Origin: Malacoraja senta
Taxonomy: Eukaryota
Assembly: GCA_038087875.1 (NCBI GenBank)
Contig: CM075987.1
Span: 5,890,001 to 5,954,000, forward strand
Length of the DNA stretch: 64,000 nt
Direction of reading: 5' to 3'
Numbering within the stretch: position 1 is the stretch's first letter; every line of letters starts with the position of its first letter. The translations under genes were made by a program, and so were the position numbers. Below the pieces are notes generated by a model. The model did no database searches. It saw only the letters and a list, made by a program, of their open reading frames with translations, and was not told the origin of the DNA. Of the stretch, positions 61,091 through 64,000 are shown piece by piece.

Positions 61091-63832
61091 TCTAAACTTC
61101 CCTGCATTTCAAAAAAAATATCTGTTATGCCCAGTGCTGAAGAAAACTGATAAAAGTATTTTCAGAACTCATCTGATCCCATGCTTCATTTGAAACGCTG
61201 GCTTTAAATCAATGCACATGCTGATACATTCAAAATACTATCAATCGCAACAAAAGGCCAGACTGCCATGCTTCCACCAAACGTTAAATCGCTTTTGCTT
61301 CGCATCAAGATGCAAGCTGTCATCGTTTCCAAATCAGTTGTTTAATGTGATAATTGATTTTAAAAATTGATCGGTAGAAAAATACCTTAAATTCGGTCGC
61401 GGGATTACAGCCTTTGTGAAAAAGTCTGCTACCTTGTGGTAAAGTGAAGGAATGCATACAATCGGGACGACTTTTAAAATCGAGTTATCTCAGATATCCT
61501 CATTTTTAAATGGACTTTCGATGTCTAGAAGATGCCTTAATACAATTTATGAAAGCCCATATCAACTCGATCCAAGCCATAAGTTCACAAGCCACAATGG
61601 ATTTATCAAAGAATGGGCGTTTACACGATGGGAAGAACAGCTGTGACACCCACTCAGAAGTGATGGGTCACAATTAAACTATGAAAAACAAAACAATGTT
61701 CCGTTAATTAAGCCCAAAACTAATAAACTTTGTTCTTCGGAAGTACGATGCGCACACAAGCCTTGCTGTTCCATACTGTAACTTCAATCCCTTGCCAAAC
61801 AGTGTGTGCATCATTTTATATTACAGGATCTGCCACTCTTAACACCATGTATGTTTGTAAACGTAGCATTCCAGCCATAAACCACTAAAACCTATCTCGC
61901 TGTCAAATCAAAAGAAAAGTTAAAACAAAAGGAAATATTTTCTGTAAGTGCCAAAATAAATTCTTATCTTTCAAATTCAAAAGTATTTTTTTTACCAGGC
62001 CGAAGAATTGCTGAATTATTTTAACAACGCCATCTATTCACTCGGTAAATGTACTCGAGTATTATTTAATATCTTAAGGATTTCAAACATTCGGAACAGA
62101 TGCATGGTATTTTATATTATATTTATATGGGGTTTTTTCGGTTTAACTTAATGGGTATTTTATCTGCAGGATTAGTCCTGGCATTTTCGCTTTCCGTCGA
62201 ACTTTCTTTCTGGGTTATCGGGAAAGTGTCTGTACACTCGCTGTAACTGTACTGCCTTTTATCAAGACAAATCCAAGCAAAACTGATAAAATAAACCTCC
62301 TGAGTAAAATCGGTTTCTATAATCCCGTTTAAATCGCGTCAGAAATGTCATCACTCGGGAAAGAATACCACACGTGTGGAAATATTTGTCATCATCTCAG
62401 ATTTGCTATTATCCAAGTCCTGCAAAACACTGGACCTGCAGCAATACAACATCACTACAACATTTCTACCAGAATGCAACACCAAACGTTTCCCTCGGAC
62501 TTATTGTAATGTTGAATTTGACGGAAAATATATTTTAGAGGTTCAGTTAAACGCTTGTCCCGATCGGTTTTATCGCGTTTGCAATTTCACAACATGCTAA
62601 CGGTGTATCTGCCCCTGATTGCCATTGCGAACGTTTACAAAGATCCCTGTTCTAAATCTACTGGAGTCACCTTATAATATCTGCAACGTCGATTTAAAAT
62701 CAACGTTCATTTAAGCAAAATATTACGAGAATTGTAATCTCTCCAAATCGTCCAAATCTCCCCAATGATGCGCCACTTTCTCTGCAAAATGCCGTGTGAA
62801 TTTTATTCTTTAGAGAGAGAAACAAAGTTTTAACACTGTTTTCCCACAAACACTCTCTGATCTTCTACTTTACGTTTTCTTTGTTATGCGGACTAAACCT
62901 TCCAGTTCAAACTGACACAACGCCTTGACAACAAGCAGCGAACGAACATGTCACTGAACGTTACTTAAGTAAAATACTAAAATAAAAGCGCTCAAACACC
63001 CTGAATAAAACACCTAGGCGGATTAGTCAAATTTACAATCCAGCTAGTTCCAGCACCACTTGGGTCCAAAATCAAACGGGAAAACTAAATCTCAACATAA
63101 ATGAAAAGTTAACTCAACTTAAAACTTAACATTAAAAACTAAAATCAGACTTGTATGCTAGGATATTTTTTCAAAGTTAAGGTGCAAGGAATTTAGAATA
63201 TATTCTAAATGCACCCTATACACAAAAAGACCTAAAGACTGCGGTAGTTATAACGTTATCTTCATTACACACGAGTTGAAATGTTGTTCATATGGCTTTT
63301 AAAAATCTAACATAGATAATCCGGATTGTATAGAAATACTATTTGCAATAAAAAACAGCACAAATCACTCTGCCATCAGCTACTTCAACTATGTTTTCTC
63401 ACTGTTAGTATATGTATAATAAAGATAACACCAGAGTGTTTCCCAAAGCCCTGAACTCTGAATAAACCTAGCACCAGCATTTACACTGCATGTAATCGCT
63501 CCAAATAGCTTCAAAACACACCAGACATCCGCTTTCAACATTGCAACTGTCTTTCTACTCCAGAAATTGGTACGATTGTCATTTTCCCCCCGATTCAAAG
63601 TCCAACTATAGTTTAGTTTGTGATGCAAAATCTCACACACGCCGCTACTTTTCTGCTCCGCATTGAGCAAAGTGCGCCAAAGGCGGCTCTATTGTGGGTG
63701 CCAGAGGCGATGTGTTAGGGGTGATATACGAGCATTTTAATGCACATTTCATTTAGCATCACTGTTATGAATTGTTAAATTTAGTGAAGCATTATTACAG
63801 TGTGCAAAATGAAATAGGAGAGGAACAGAAAT

Positions 63833-63856
63833 CAAGATGGCGGTGCACATGGCGCC
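63833..63856 (+). promoter_or_regulatory. Tandem YY1-like motifs in a CpG-retaining region
   Basis: CAAGATGGCGG (63833-63843) and ACATGGCGCC (63847-63856). Confidence 0.35.
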
Positions 63857-63900
63857 GGAGTTCAGCCTGCACAAGTATCACACAGTGTGGGTTAAAATTA

Positions 63901-63999
<99 letters not shown>

Positions 64000-64000
64000 A

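Overview
Vertebrate non-coding DNA. The repeat content (HE1-like V-SINEs, CR1 LINEs, Rex1/Babar, Penelope-like elements) points to a cartilaginous fish, probably a skate or ray; this is inferred, not proven. No host protein-coding gene is recognisable, and the only long intact ORF is a 5'-truncated CR1 ORF2 (13643-16120, minus). Bases ~1-50460 are a dense, nested transposon mosaic: CR1, L1, L2, Rex1, SINEs, a non-autonomous Helitron, an IR/DR Tc1, and about 20 short Penelope-derived repeats. Their consensus carries a minimal hammerhead-ribozyme core, and they often insert as fold-back pairs. Bases ~50460-64000 contain no recognisable transposon and gain CpG toward the right end, like the approach to an unmethylated developmental-gene promoter. 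Four odd-length N runs (164, 244, 228 and 196 nt) lie in unique sequence and may be masked ultraconserved elements; one is bracketed by good minus-strand splice sites. Boundaries of old repeats are approximate, and family names come from motif recognition, not database searches.
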